A DNA stretch of 64,000 bases from Podarcis pityusensis (lineage: Eukaryota): the NCBI GenBank assembly GCA_964106645.2, contig OZ067044.1; one strand, written 5' to 3'. The notes beneath the pieces are model-generated. The model saw only the letters and a list, made by a program, of their open reading frames with translations, was not told the DNA's origin and ran no database searches. Shown in pieces: positions 38,603 to 52,880 of this stretch. The position numbers and the translations under genes were made by a program. The number at the start of each line of letters is the position of its first letter. Position 1 is the first letter of the stretch.

Positions 38603-41600
38603 TATTTCAGCCCCATCTTCTGTTAGCAATAGATGGATTCTAATACTGGCCTGCATTACAAGGCGGTTGTGAACAAGTTTATTGAAATAGTATATTGTCA
38701 TTTCAGATGCTTTCAATTCCTGGCTTGGAGACAAATTACAGTTAATGCTTTGTCACTGGTTCAGTTCAGACATCATACCAGGTCATGATTAAGGAAGCTT
38801 AACTATGGTTTGATATTATCTGAATTGACAAACCATTATTTGTGGTAGTCCAATGAACCACAACAAGAAACCATAGTTTGAATTGGGCTTGCAAATCATG
38901 GTTTGCACCAACTGTAGTTTGACATGAATGCCTTGAGAAATCATTACAGAAGATAGTTATGAGTGGCTATTGCAGCTACAGACTGGAGTGTTGAGCAGTG
39001 GGGGGGGGACATGAAAGCATACAAATATTGCTTACCTCCATGGCTGCATACACAGCATTCATCTAAAACCTATGTAAAGCATGATTCACCCTCCACAAAA
39101 AAGGGGGAGGGGGAATCCTAGGAACTGTAGTTTGTTGAAGGTGCTGGGAACCACAGCTTTGTGAGGGGTAACCTATGGTTCCTAGGCTTCTTTGCAGGGG
39201 TGCTTAAAATGCCTGGTTTGCACAGAGCCTGTTTGAGAAGTCAAACTATGGTTCAAGTTCTGAATTATGACCATGGTTTGGCATGACATCTAAACTGATG
39301 ATAAACTTGGAAGTGATTATAGAAGGCATCAAAGAGCAAGTGAAGAGTCAAAATGAGCTCTGTGCTCCAGAAAGAGGCAACATTGACACACAAAGGCATT
39401 TCAGCTTAGTAATATGCTGAGTAGGCTAAATGTTTGACCAGAGAATGAGAAGATGGGGGAGAAGGGAGGGTAAGTAACAGAAATGGAAACCAGCTGTGTA
39501 GGCTGGGTGGTATGTTTATGGCTTCCCTGCTATTGACTCAAAGAAAAGTTGGGAAGGAGCGATGCTGACAGTGATGTGAAGATTTTAAAAAAGAAACTGA
39601 TAGTGAAAGTTAAAAATGAGAGGGAAACTGCAGTGCATTTATCCAGTAAATGTAAACATTGCCTAAAATCTTCATAGTTCTGCTTCCTTCAGGGCAGCTA
39701 TGAGATATATAAGGTACCCACTTTTTATTTGATTTTGTTTCAGCACTGATCAACCAATGAGGTCTAGACCTACAACAAAGGGCCACAGAAAATGATTGGG
39801 TTTTAGAATAAACCTTTAAAACTCTACTTCTAGAAACTGTTGTCCTTGTTCACTAAACTCCACCCCACCTTCCCGCTCCCACATGCATACTCGTAGACAC
39901 CACACCAGGCAGCTTTTGAGGTGCTATCCAAAGGAAGAGCAAATCCTGCTCTGACTGCCAGTTTTTGATATTGTAGCCCATCAGCACTAAAAGAGAAATG
40001 CTTCTGATTTTCCGCTTTTGAAGCAAAGCAGATTAGAATGTATTTCTGCGACACAAACATACTGGCAAGAAAAAATCATCTGGAGGTCACAGGTCAGCCT
40101 GAGCATGAAAGAGTCTTGCCATGGTGTTTAAGCTCTTGCTTACCATACAGTATAAAGTTAAACAACAGATAGAAAAGAAGAGGAAGAGGGAGGGGAAGCA
40201 TCTATGGTTATGTATCTAGATTGTAAGAAAGTATCTGCACCCATGACACATAGCTCTCTGTGTGAGAAAAGGGCACAAAGTAAGAAACTGAAGAACGGAG
40301 ATTCATGAATTATACAGAAAGTGCAAATCACAAGGCAGAAATAACCAGTGACTAGACTGAGGAATCATAAGGAGCAAAATAAATGAGGGAGGAACAGGAA
40401 TGATCAGCCATGTCAAGTGAAGTGGCAATCTCAAGGAAGAGGAGGTTAGAACAAGTTTAAAGTGCGACATGTCGACGACATTAGCAGAGGCAGATTCCAC
40501 AACAGACTGTCTGTTTTCAAAGAAAAAGTTAATATAAGGTAAATAATTGGCATGTTTAACCAAATCTGGAGAAAATGAAAAATGAGATAGAATAGCAGAG
40601 GGATAGAAATGAAGTAAGTGAGAGAAAGGGGTTCTTCTAGAACTAAAATATTGGAGCACTCAGCTAAATGATCGGACACTTCATCTATTATCTAGGAAGG
40701 AAGGAAGGAAGGAGTGCACTTGAAATGGGAAATAAATTTTGGCTGTTTTTTTCTAGATTAGTTTTAACTGCTTTAAAAATGGTAATTGGCTACTGAGGAT
40801 TACTTTTAGACATACGTTGAGGTAACATTTGTTGCAGCATTATGTAATTTCAGTCAGTCAGTGTGATTTCAAACAGAGGAAGCATCATGATTAACTGATG
40901 GACTAGACTTCTCTGATGGTATTTTTTTGTCTGGCAAAAAGATAAACTGGGTTAAAATTAATACTAACTTCAAAATAGATTTTTGCTTTGTCTTATTTAA
41001 ATTCAAAAATCAACATGTGTTTGTTTTTTCTGTATTAAATTCACAGAAGCACCTGCAGCACTCTCCACCCTCAGCACTAAAGAAGCGTCACAGCAGGGCT
41101 GCAGTGCCAGCTTGTTTTAAGGCCTTTGAAGAGATAAACAAGTTAGCATAAAAATGTAGATTCCAATGTGGCCCTTTTTATGTCACTTTAATTGTCTCTT
41201 CACCCACAGTAAATTTCCTTAGCACACCCATTCCTCTGCACCCAAGGGGAAAATAGCCCAGATTATTTTAAGCGGTGGGTCATAGCTATTTCTAGCACAC
41301 ACACAAAAATCTGCCTGAGGACATTTCTATACAGATAGAAGACAATGTTCTGAGGGGGTGGGGAACCTCAAAAGCAAGTTTCTTTGGTGAATGGCTCCGC
41401 CGGGGTTCATTTTAAGAGTCATAAAAAAATATAATTTTCATAGCTTGACCTCAACGCAGTTTACCCAGCTCCAAAAAATTAAATTACTGGTTCCTCTCTC
41501 TCTTTTTTTTTAATAATAGCAACGAAGTATCTTTGTCACAGCTGAGTTTTCACAACTAGGTCACATTTTTAAACAATGTAATAACAGGTGTATGGGGGGG

Positions 41601-44524
41601 CAGAAGTAAAGGAAGGGTTGGAAGAAGAGGTCCTAATGCATAGTACAAGGCAAGTGCAGGCAACCTACAGTCATCTGCAAATTTTCAAAAGCCCTCTGCG
41701 AGAGATCTATTCAGACATCTGGCAAGTGTTGCCTCCCTCTTCTGATATCTTTGGTTCTGCCTATTGCTGGCATGCAGTCCTGGACAGACTGCCCCAAATG
41801 AATGTGACCAAAAAAAAGTTTCCTCCTGCCCCAAGGGGTCTATAATCTCCTTGAGATCTTTTATTTATTTTAAGAGTCGTTAGGAATGCAACACACGGGA
41901 TGGGGAGGCTTAAGCCTTCCCTCTCCAACCACAATCCTGGGGGAAATTGGGTGCCCTGGGGAAATTGTTAGGGGCAAAGGCTCGCATTGCTACCAGTGAA
42001 CCATGGCTGTAAGAGAGACATCTTTCCAGGAAAGTTGTGGCCCTGGTGAAGATCAGACCCTTAAATAAATTTAAAATGTAGTTCTTAATGACACATTGAG
42101 CAACACATGTAGTTTGGCCCATACGCCTGCCTTCGCCGTCAGGGGAGGTGGCTAACATGCTTTTTGTTGAAAGGGTCTGCATTTATTTGGGTAGGTTCCT
42201 AGAACTATCCTTCGCTCAGTTCAATATGCAGCCACACAGAGCTCAACATTTCCCTCTGTGTTCCTGATCCTATCAGTGTTGTGTGATGACCCATCTGTGT
42301 TTTGGCAGTCATGCACATTCTGAGGTGAATAATAATTCTATAAAATTTGTTTCGCCAACGTTAGAGAGAAAACTATCAGAATCCAATTCCATGTGTTGCT
42401 CAGTAACTGTGTCCATGAACTTTTGTCAATACTTCCATTGGTGCAATTGTTGGTTTCAGATAAAAAGTCAGTTAGCTTTCTTCCTGTGGAGCAAGCTTAT
42501 AGTAGTTACTAGCATTCATGCTAGTAAACTTAAACAAGGGGAAGAAATTATTTTAAAAAATAAAACCATAACAACAATAATAGAAGAAGAAAGGTACAGA
42601 AGGTGAACAATGATGAAGGAAAGTAGGCTTGAGATTACTAAAACCAAAAAGAAACACCCAACCCAGCCGGCATGTTGTCTAGAAAGGCTTTTCCTGTCTT
42701 TAGTCTTAACATTTCTGTCTGTTCTCTAATCACATATTTCAAAGGAGCATACTTAGCTCTGTTTTTATTTCCATGAGTATGATAACCAATTTCCTGAAGT
42801 GTTGATGATTTCTGAAGTAAAGAACTAGAATTCGTTTAGCCTTCTGAACCTGAATGTTACAGATATTACCGTAAATTCCTGTACATTGGGGTAGGGAACC
42901 TGTCACCCCCGCCCACAATGTTGTTGAGCTTAGATTCTCAGCATGGCCAATAGTCAGATACAATGGGAATTGTAATCCAACAACATCCAGAGGGGCACAA
43001 ATCCCCATTCCTGTTCTTCACAAACCTCTTGCTCTCTGACAACCTCAGCAGCCCAAATAAGTTTTTTTTTAATGAAAAATATATGCTTCATTTGCCTCTC
43101 TTACATTGAAAATATTAAATACAGTCACACAATTCTGATATGAAGGCCTTCCCATTGTAAGGTTTTCATACAACAACAAAATAGGGTTTTATTGCCTTTT
43201 ATGTGAACAGGAAGATGGGAAAATCACAGTGGGCTTACTCTTTATATTTTCAGGGGAAAGTGAGTAGAAGAAACTGACTCCTTGCTGGCCCTAGACTTTT
43301 TCATGAGTGACTTATTAGTAACAGGAATCTTAATTGTAGTAAAATCAAGGCATTCCTTGGTAATTGTTAAATAACTTTAGAACATGTTCTGTGCTATATT
43401 AAGTTTTCCTGTAATACACAACAACTCATGTAATACTGTATAATGCAAAAATCTCACTACCACTGCTCATAAGCAGAAAACAATGCTATCACAAGGGCAA
43501 ATTTACCAACATAATGATGAACTGAGCTTTTAGCAAATAAGGTAATCACTGTTTTCAAACAGAAACTCTTGTTCAGTAAAGTACTTTGCTCAATGCTGAA
43601 TTGCCTAATCAAGTTATTGTTGTATATTCCTGTACCAATTCATAGATCATTTTCTATGCACTTGCGACTTGGTCCATTTTAGTATATGATTGCCTCAGGA
43701 CAACTAAGCATTTGTTCCATGTCTGAATAATTGTTTTTGTCATAACTGTTTTCTGGAAATTTTCTATCCAAGTAGCAAGCTGCCACATAAATCAGTACTG
43801 ACCAGTACTGACCACAGCTCTTAACCCTTAAGAGCTTGTTCCAAGTACATCAGCATCAACAAGAAATAACTTACGGTACCTATGACACTGCGCGCTTATC
43901 ATTCTATTTAGACTACATAGGTTGTGATTTACCAATCTACTGATGCTTCAAGTACCCACAAAAATAAATGGCATAAACTAGATCTTTCAATGTTGAATCA
44001 ATAGATGCTTTAGTAGTTGGATTCAGGGCTCCTTAAAGAAGTTCCCCAATCTGTTTGTTCCCTTCTCTATTTCAAAAAAAATGGTGCCTTCTGCTAGGCT
44101 TTTTCCATGCTTTGCAGAACTGTCCCTGTTAGTTGATGTACCACTTCTCACCTTCTAATCCCACTTTTTCAGCAAAGCTTTTATTTGGTCATCATAGTTT
44201 GGCTTTTCTCTATACTGTCTGCTTACTTACCAGTCTAAAGACTCACCCAGTCCTCTCCACTGCTTTGCTCAGCATTGTTCTGTTTCTTCAACATAACCTT
44301 ACATATTTTACCAGGAATTAGATTCCTCTGACAAAGAACCATGTCACTCTGTATCTTTCATCTACTATGTGGCTTTTTCTAACTAAAACATGGGAAAGGC
44401 ATGTTCTTTGTTTTCTCTAAGGCATCAATTAGGAGCCACAATATCAAATAAGTGAGTCTTATGCTAAACCTCACATTGATGTTCTAGGGATATTGATCTC
44501 AGTTAATGCGAATAATATAATATA

Positions 44525-44736
44525 CAGTGGTACCTTGGGTTACAGACGCTTCAGGTTACAGACTCCACTAACCCAGAAATAGTACCTTGGGTTAAGAACT
44601 TTGCTTCAGGATGAGAACAGAAATTGTGCGGCGGCGGGAGGCCCCATTAGCTAAAGTGGTACCTCAAGTTAAGAACACTTTCAGGTTAAGAATGGCCCTC
44701 CAGAACGAATTAAGTTCTTAACCCAAGGTACCACTG
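44525..44736. mobile_element. Tigger/pogo-like MITE copy 5
   Basis: TA|CAGTGGTACCTTGGGTTA ... TAACCCAAGGTACCACTG|TA. Confidence 0.9.
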
Positions 44737-47700
44737 TAATGGACACACATCCTTTCCTCTTGTGACCTTATTAAGCTCTAGGTTGTTGCATGTTTCTCCC
44801 CATTTTTCTCCCCAAGCTTGTTTCATAATTTATTTGTTTTTACAATATTTGTCTCCCACCCGCTATCCATGGAGGCAATGTGAATTTTGCAAACCAAACT
44901 AGCTACAAAGATAGAAAACAAAGATGCCACTCCTAAGAACACTTAGTAAATTAATGGATTTAAAAACTGAAGTACACAGACTGGAGAACAAAGTGCTAAA
45001 AACTACCTTGAGAAGGCTGGAAAACTTGGTTGTATGATTCATTACCCCAGATGCAAATGGCTTCTTATTGACTGAAACACATTGCATATGCATAGGCCTT
45101 CTTTATTATCAGTACTGCACAGACTAAATGTAGATAAACATTGAAAGATTCTCTGCAAGTAACTGAAGCTGAACACTCCAAGTAGAAGGGAAATGAATGT
45201 TTTGTTTTCTGGAAAATCTTTTTTATTCGTTTGATTTGTACTCAGGGCTTTATTGAACTTCACTGGTGTACCCACAGAACAAAAAGGTCCAGATGATTTG
45301 ACCATATGGACCAAACCACAGAGGAAGAAAAAAGAGTATATTTAGTTATAATGCATCAAAATTATATATATAAAACTAATACCATTTACATGCAAGTAGA
45401 AAGTCTCCTTTTGTGCTGTTGCTTCATTTATGGAGCTCTTGTTCCACTTCTTTTGCACAGGAACATGGTCCAAGCACCACTGCATCCCTGATATCTTTAG
45501 CAGATGGAAGCAGAAAGAGGCACATGAACTCGTCTGCTCACCAGTGTATGGACTGGAGATATGCATTTGAAAGAAACCCAGGGCCCTTGCAAATATTGAA
45601 TGGAATCCAGCACTAAACTGCTTTGAAAAACTAGTGATGTGTAACTTTGTTTCTGCTTCAGTGAAGCTTTAAAAAGTTATCTTGGATCACCAAATCTGCA
45701 GACAGATGTGTAAGGGGGGGAAGGAAGGTTGACAGGAGGAAACTGCTGGCTGCCTTTGAGACAGAGTGAAAGCTGCCTTTTAAAGCCCAGAGATTTGCAC
45801 TTCTATGTTGGCATATTAATTCTCAATATAATTTGCAATGAAGACTCAAACAACACCACAGACAGTTTACACTGAAATGCTCTCAAGTGCTGATGCATCC
45901 ATTTGTCATGTTTGAAACAAATCCTGGTACTCACTGGCACCAAAAGGATGACTTCTGGTTGACCTCTTCCATCTGACTGCAAGCCTTTTCAAAGATGTGT
46001 CCCATGGTTGAATTCCCTGGTATCTGTCTTCCTCTGTTTATCACCGCTTTCCCAATGCAGTTAGACAGCTTGCACTGCAGCAAAGGCTACAGTCCTAAGC
46101 AGATCACATTTAAATGGGGAATTTTTGGGTATAAATGGTTGGTATATGGTGACTAATCTTCCTTGTCAATATAGCTGTTCATGATCCAATACAGACCTTG
46201 CCTTTGAACTAACCTAGGAATATTGCAGGGGACTGGGGAGATTTAAGCCCATTGAGAGTAACTGAGTATTCTCCCACCCGTAACATGTATAAACTAATTA
46301 CTTTGTAGTCCATCAATCATTACTCCCCACTATAAGTTATGTGGAGTCTTACAAAGCTTTCTATCCATAATGATTGCTTTGTTATGGGAATATAATCACA
46401 CTGTCTCTGATCAAACAAGAGCGAACGTGTTGCTTCCTTTTGAGAGATATCTACAAGATCAAAGCTTGTGTGTAGCCATCACATAAAGTAGTGCAACCAC
46501 AACACAAATCTTCACGTTGCTGAACTAGCTTGTTAGTGTTGTCCCACAGTGAAATATTGGACTTTCATGAAATTCAAAATTCTGTATTCTGCATTAGGGC
46601 AGTATCTTTATCAGGCATGCAAGCTTTCAATTTCTCCAGAATTCTTTATCATTCTGCATGATAAACAATGCTGGGAGTGGAGGGAGGGAGAAGAGAAAGT
46701 TGGGTTGTTCTAAACAGCCATGAGTCTGCATATTGTAGGAGTCTTAAGCTGGAATGTGGGATGTATTCAAATAAGGCTTTGTAGGTGCTGTGTAGATTTC
46801 AGGTTGTACCACGACCATTTGAGAAGAATAAACAAATAATGGTTGATTCCCCATCTTAAGAATTTTTGCTTGCTTGCTTTTACTTACGGGCTAACATAGC
46901 AACATTCTTTTTTTATGACAATCAAAGTTTGTCATGGACCTATTATTCACTACAGATTATACTTTTATTCCACAAACTCAGCATTTTGTAGGGTGCGAAA
47001 GCACATGAACAAAGCCTTTGTGCACACAGTTCAAACATGTGGGAACCACATGTGCAATTCTACTCCCTCTCCACAAATCAATTGTACATTATTGGTAGAC
47101 TGTGGAAAAAGGTTTCCAGTGTTGTTTGTTTTTGTTTGTTTGTTTGTTTTAGAAAACTCTATAGTTTTTCATATTGGGAAAATTCCCCCACAGATATATT
47201 TGGCTCCAGTTTACACTTTCTGTCTAATTGTGACCATTCCTTTCTAGCAGCAATGGTCACAAGCAGTTGTGGTTTTGAGACCAGTGCATCAAGTCTTTGA
47301 AGTGTGCTTTAAGAACTTATTCAAGTCTAGCCCAGCTGGGAGTTAATACATAATTTGTTTCCCTTTCATTGCCTGAATTAGTATTAGTATGTTGTGTTAT
47401 AATGTTGAAGATGAGAGAGGTTCAGACACCACCATGCACCAGCAGCTGAAGTTTGAGCTATACAATATATTTTATGCTGAAGACAAGAATAGAATTAATG
47501 GATCTATTCATTTGAAATAATAGGGCAGAATACTCAATGGAAAATCTTTAAGATCAACCTATATATAGCATGCCTTCTACTATTAAAGTTCATTTTGATT
47601 GCTAGCAGAAGTTGTTCTACAGATGCATCATGGGGACTATGCAAGTAAAATGTGAATTCAGCCAGCTACAAACACACAGTAAACTGTGATGTGGACAAGC

Positions 47701-47799
47701 CAACAAATTAGAAAATAGAGATGTAGCAATTGAGGGTGGGGAACTAGACTCTAGCAGCAGAACATCTTTTATAGGCTCAGTTATTAGTTATATACTTAC

Positions 47800-48080
47800 T
47801 GTTAGAGGCCACCCCAATCTTTGGTAACAAGATTCCAGGGGTCTGGGCACTTAACCAGGGTTTGTGTTCCTTTAGAATGAGGCACAGTGGATACTATGGT
47901 GTCTTTAAGAAATATGCTTTATTTACACATATTTACATCTGAGTTTTATGGAGGGAATGCAGAACATTACATCCCAAGAGTGTCTCTTGTTGCTCTTTAA
48001 TAACTTCAGCAAGCTTGGGTCTAGAACTGAAGCCAGCCATGCTTTTACTAAATTAAGAATTGTGGGACCTGCAGCCCACA
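47800..48080 (-). mobile_element. Internally deleted ERV-like LTR related to 3350-4155
   Basis: Starts TGTTAG; aligns to both ends of the 3.35-4.15 kb copy with about 500 bp missing after GAAGCCAGCCATGCTT. Confidence 0.55.
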
Positions 48081-48094
48081 ACTCATAGTGTTAT

Positions 48095-48517
48095 TTTTAA
48101 AAAAATAATATTTATTATTTTTCCAAAAACTTAAACACTAAAAAGAAAGAAAACAATACAATACAACACATCAAATTAACAAAACAAGACAAAGACAATA
48201 AAATAAATCAAACAATTTCATTATCCCATCTTTCATTCACTTATTTCCACGACCTCCTCACACCTCCCTTTTTGTATTCCACTTGTTAATTATTTCAGCA
48301 ATTCCTTTCCATCTTCCTCTGTTTTCTATCCTATAATTATCTTAACTCATTCTAACCTTATTTTTTCCTTTAATGCTCTATTAACCTATCTGTACTTAAT
48401 TCCTTATAATATTTCTACTAAAGCAATATAACTTCATTTCAACATTTTTCTAACATTCATTAATTTTACAATATTTCTGTAAATAGTCTTTAAATTTTTT
48501 CCAATCTTTTTCCACCG
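48095..48517 (-). mobile_element. 5'-truncated L1-clade LINE
   Basis: 14-bp TSD ACTCATAGTGTTAT (48081-48094, 48518-48531); homologous to the L1 3' end at 51 kb; 5' junction shows ACTC microhomology. Confidence 0.88.
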
Positions 48518-48906
48518 ACTCATAGTGTTATGTTCATTAAAGTCGTTCATTGAGGGCTCATCTTGTGTTTATTTAATCTCCTCCCATTACACATTCAACA
48601 TCTTTCTCGGTCTTGGGTTGTACTTTTGTGTTTTGTCATGTTTATTGGTATCCGTCTGTCTTGGGAGACAATGAAGAAGTAACCCTCTAATTTCTCTTTC
48701 CTTTACAACTGGGAATGCCACTGTGATGGTTTTCTTTAGTTATGGTTTTGGTCCTTAGCAATACATCATTGGAGCCAAATCTCTTGTGGTGTGGAAAAGC
48801 ATTGAGTTAGTTGTCCTGGAATGCTAATGCTGTGCATATGCTGCAATCTGAGGCTGCTACAATGGAATGAATTGTGAAGGAATTAAAACAGTGGGGCAAA
48901 ATCTAT

Positions 48907-49212
48907 TTGTTGTTGTTTAGTCGTTTAGTCGTGTCCGACTCTTTGTTACCCAATGGACCAGAGCATGCCAGGCACTCCTGTCTTCCACTGCCTCCTGCAG
49001 TTTCGTCAAACTCATGCTGGCAGCTTCGAGAACACTGTCCAACCATCTCGTCCCCTTTCGTCCCCTTCTCCTTGTGCCCTCCATCTTTCCCAACATCAGG
49101 GTCTTTTCCAGGGAGTCTTCTCTTCTCATGAGGTGGCCAAAATATTGGAGCCTCAGCTTCAGGACCTGTCCTTCCAGTGAGCACTCAGGGCTGATTTCCT
49201 TAAGAATGGATA
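48907..49212 (-). mobile_element. 5'-truncated Bov-B (RTE) LINE
   Basis: Encodes SILKEISPECSLEGQVLKLRLQYFGHLMRREDSLEKTLMLG; (CAA)n tail; 12-bp TSD GGCAAAATCTAT (48895-48906, 49213-49224). Confidence 0.92.
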
Positions 49213-50992
49213 GGCAAAATCTATAGTGATGTGCTATTTGCCTTTTTATGCTGTATGTAGATCCCCGCCCCAATGCTATTTTCTGTTTGCAGCCTTTGTT
49301 GCTTCTGTTGTGTGTATGCCACTGTCCTGATGTAAGTTCCCTTTCTGCCACAATGCCATACACCAAATTCCTTTTTGTGTTTTGAAGAAGTGCCAATTTT
49401 CCCCACAGCTTCTAAGCTAACTACTGCACCATTCATTGGTTAATGTTTACTTCCTGCTTCAGCAAACCAGATCACAACACAGAAATGATGTCAGTCCTCT
49501 GAGCTGAAACAGATCAAAAGTTGCATATAAGAAACAGAAGCCAACTAGAAGAATACAACATCCCTTTTAAATTAAGGCTATGTGAACAATAAACAGGAGA
49601 TAGATATAAGATACAGAAAAAGTAGCTTTAGAAGCCCTAGAAAATTAACATTAATTGTTACCATAACATTGTAACTTGCTCTTTGAAGATTTAATGAAAT
49701 TGCCATTGTGTTCTATATTAAGATGCGAAAGACAGCAACTTACAGTAATAAGTTATCTGGTGGACAGACTTTATGCAGATAAAAAAGTGATGGGGAAATC
49801 CTCTGAAAAGTGTGGGATGAACTATTGAGTGTTAATCTTTCTACTTGCCCAGAGGATACAAACATGCCCTTAACCTGCTTTTTAGATGTTACATTTGATA
49901 GTCCATTTAAACAATCTGAAGAAATCTAAACTTTTTTAAATTTATTGCAGCTAACTGAATACAGTAATGCTAGCAGAGGAATAACTTTCCAGACATACAC
50001 TGTAATTTGTAACAATAATCCTCAAAGGCCTTAATCTCAAAAGACTTCTATTCATGAGTTCGGATTTTTACTTCATAAGAACGTCAATTTATCAATTAAG
50101 CACATCTGCTTCACAAGCAAAACAAGGTGTAATATTTCAAAGTACAAATGCCTCTTTCAACAGAATCTCTCAACGATTTATTCATCAACAATTACCTGAG
50201 ATGTGGATTTCAAAGAACATATTTTCTTTATCTTATATCTGCATACTTTCATAACCGCCATGACTTTATATAAATGTATCATTGGAAACAATGAACAAAG
50301 GAGATAAATGTAGCAAACTTTCATTCCATATATGGAAGGCTGAAAATATACTCCTAAAACTGATATATATTTGAAATCAGAAAGATGAAAATTATGCTTA
50401 TTTGATGGAGGAACAACTGGAGGGTATTAGACTTGTTTGCCCTTTGTTACCAAAACCCACATTTCAGTATTGAAGAAACTCCTAAAAACAGCACAGTTGA
50501 AGTTCATAGGAAAGCTGAATGTGAATACTGGTGGCCACAGACTGACACCCTGTCATTTTGTATTGTGCTGACCCCAAACATTAGAAAGACGTTTGATACA
50601 TTCCTCACTTTTAATTGCAGGCCAGATCACCCATCTCTTAATTTCATTGGATCGCTCACTCACTATATTTTGCTCAATATATTAAAATTCAGGGGAACAC
50701 AGAAAGCTGCCTTGTACCAAGTCAGACTATTGGTCTATCTAGCTAAATATCCTCCACACTGACTGGCAGTAGCACAGCCACAGAACTGGGCTCTTTGGCA
50801 TGCAAAGCACCTGCTCTAACACTGAGCTACAGCCCTTCCCCATGCCCTTTGATTGAAAGGAATCTTGATGAAGCTTACTTGGGAGTAAATTTACACATCA
50901 AAACTCCTTGAAAAGGGTTTGCACAGAACCAAGAAGAGGGGTGGGTGGTAAAAAGCCTCAAAGGAAAAAAAAATTAAAGGAAACCAGAGGAT

Positions 50993-52141
50993 TTTTTTTT
51001 TTAATAAGATATTTATTAGGCTTTTTTAAAGTATTACAATAAAAATGAAAAAAAAAATAACAAAAATACAAAATAAAAATAGTTAAAAACACACAGATTT
51101 TCCATTGCTTGTTTTCCTTTAGCTTGTTTCCCGGACCTCCTCATACCTCCCTTTTTTGTATTCCAGTTCAATTTGTTGGTTCAGCAAATCCTTACCCTCT
51201 TTATTTATCCTAATCTTTAGTCTTAAAATAGTAACGTTAAATTTTTACCTATTAACAACCCATTTTTCATAATCCCTTAAAGCATTACAGCTGGAAACCA
51301 CTTAATTTCTATCCAACATCATTCTAACATTCATTAATTTTACAATAATTCTGTAGATAGTCTTTGAATTTCTTCCAATCTTCTTCCACCGACTCTTCTC
51401 CCTGGTCTCGGATTCTGCCAGTCATTTCTGCCGGTTCCATATAGTCCATCAGCTTCATCTGCCATTCTTCCAAAGTGGGTAAATCTTGTGTCTTCCAATA
51501 CTTTCCAATGAGTATTCTTGCTGCTGTTGTGGCATACATAAAAAAGGTTCTATCCTTCTTTGGCACCAATTGGCCGACTATGCCCAGGAGAAAGGCCTCT
51601 GGTTTCTTCAAGAAGGTATATTTAAATACCTTTTTCAGTTCATTATATATCATTTCCCAGAAAGCCTTAATCCTTGGGCACGTCCACCAAAGGTGAAAGA
51701 ATGTACCTTCAGTTTCTTTACATTTCCAACATTTGTTATTGGGCAAATGATAAATTTTTGCAAGCTTGACTGGGGTCATGTACCACCTGTATATCATTTT
51801 CATAATATTCTCTCTTAAAGCATTACATGCCGTAAACTTCATACCTGTGGTCCATAACTGTTCCCAGTCAGCCATCATTATGTTATGTCCAACATCTTGT
51901 GCCCATTTAATCATAGCAGATTTCACCGTTTCATCCTGAGTATTCCATTTCAACAGCAAGTTATACATCTTTGACAAAATCTTAGTTTTGGGTTCTAACA
52001 GTTCTGTTTCTAATTTTGATTTTTCCACCTGGAAGCCAATTTTCTTGTCCAAATTATATGCCTCCATTATCTGATAATAATGAAGCCAGTCTCACACTTT
52101 ATTTTTTAGTTTCTCAAAACTCTGCAGTTTCAGTCTATCTC
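50993..52141 (-). mobile_element. 5'-truncated L1-clade LINE with open ORF2 C-terminus (ORF 51324-52067)
   Basis: CCHC-type motif CWKC..GTFFHLWWTC; polyA; 15-bp TSD AGGAAACCAGAGGAT (50978-50992, 52142-52156). Confidence 0.92.
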
Positions 52142-52880
52142 AGGAAACCAGAGGATCTTGGCTGATCTTATGGAAATGCAGTCTTTTAATGAGCCTGTGA
52201 CCAAATAAATCGAATTCGAAACCTGGCCTCAGATAGACAGTTGCTGTACATGGAGGTTCTACTTTTAACAAACAATTTGCTTTTACTGGAATGATTCCTT
52301 TGTATTCGAATGATGTATTGCCTGCTTTTTTATGCCCTTTATTAATAAATGTGTTGAGGTGCGTTTGTTTGTATATATGTACGTATGTATGTGTACGTAC
52401 GCACGCTGACACGCATCCGTGTTAGCGTACATACGTGCCAAACTGGGTCTTTGACCCGGGTGACAGAAAGCCTAGTTTCTGCCCTGCCCTGAGGAACGAT
52501 GATCTTTATTTTGCCTCCCTTGCCTCGGCACCAAGACTAGTTCTGAGTTTGTATTTTGAGAGCCAGCATGCAACTCCCTGCGCTTCTGCGCCACGAAGGA
52601 TTCCTTGAGGAGAAACGCGGGTCCTCCTGGGGCGGAGGCGTGGCGGGCGGGGGGCGGCGTTTTTGAACCTATGCTAATTCCGCTGCTGGGCCCCGAGGTC
52701 TCGCCAGCCCGGCAGCAGCGCTCGGCGGCGAGGGTGGGGAGGGGGAGGCCGGGGCGAGTCTTAAAGGGCCCGAGCATGCCGCTGCTTTTGTGACAGGGTC
52801 CTTTGATCCCGAGGAGCCGCGCCGCCGCCGGCTGAGGCAGGCAGTTGTCGCCGGGCGAGGAGGAGGAGGAGGAGGAAGAC

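Noticed and set aside
1-52300. Exons of a neighbouring gene such as L3MBTL4 (upstream of ARHGAP28 in human)
   Set aside because: No MBT- or SAM-like peptide appears in the ORF track; short exons below the ORF cutoff cannot be excluded.
52776-52793. Second uORF MPLLL*
   Set aside because: It lies only about 10 nt after the TATA-like element, so probably upstream of the TSS; cannot be supported without transcript data.
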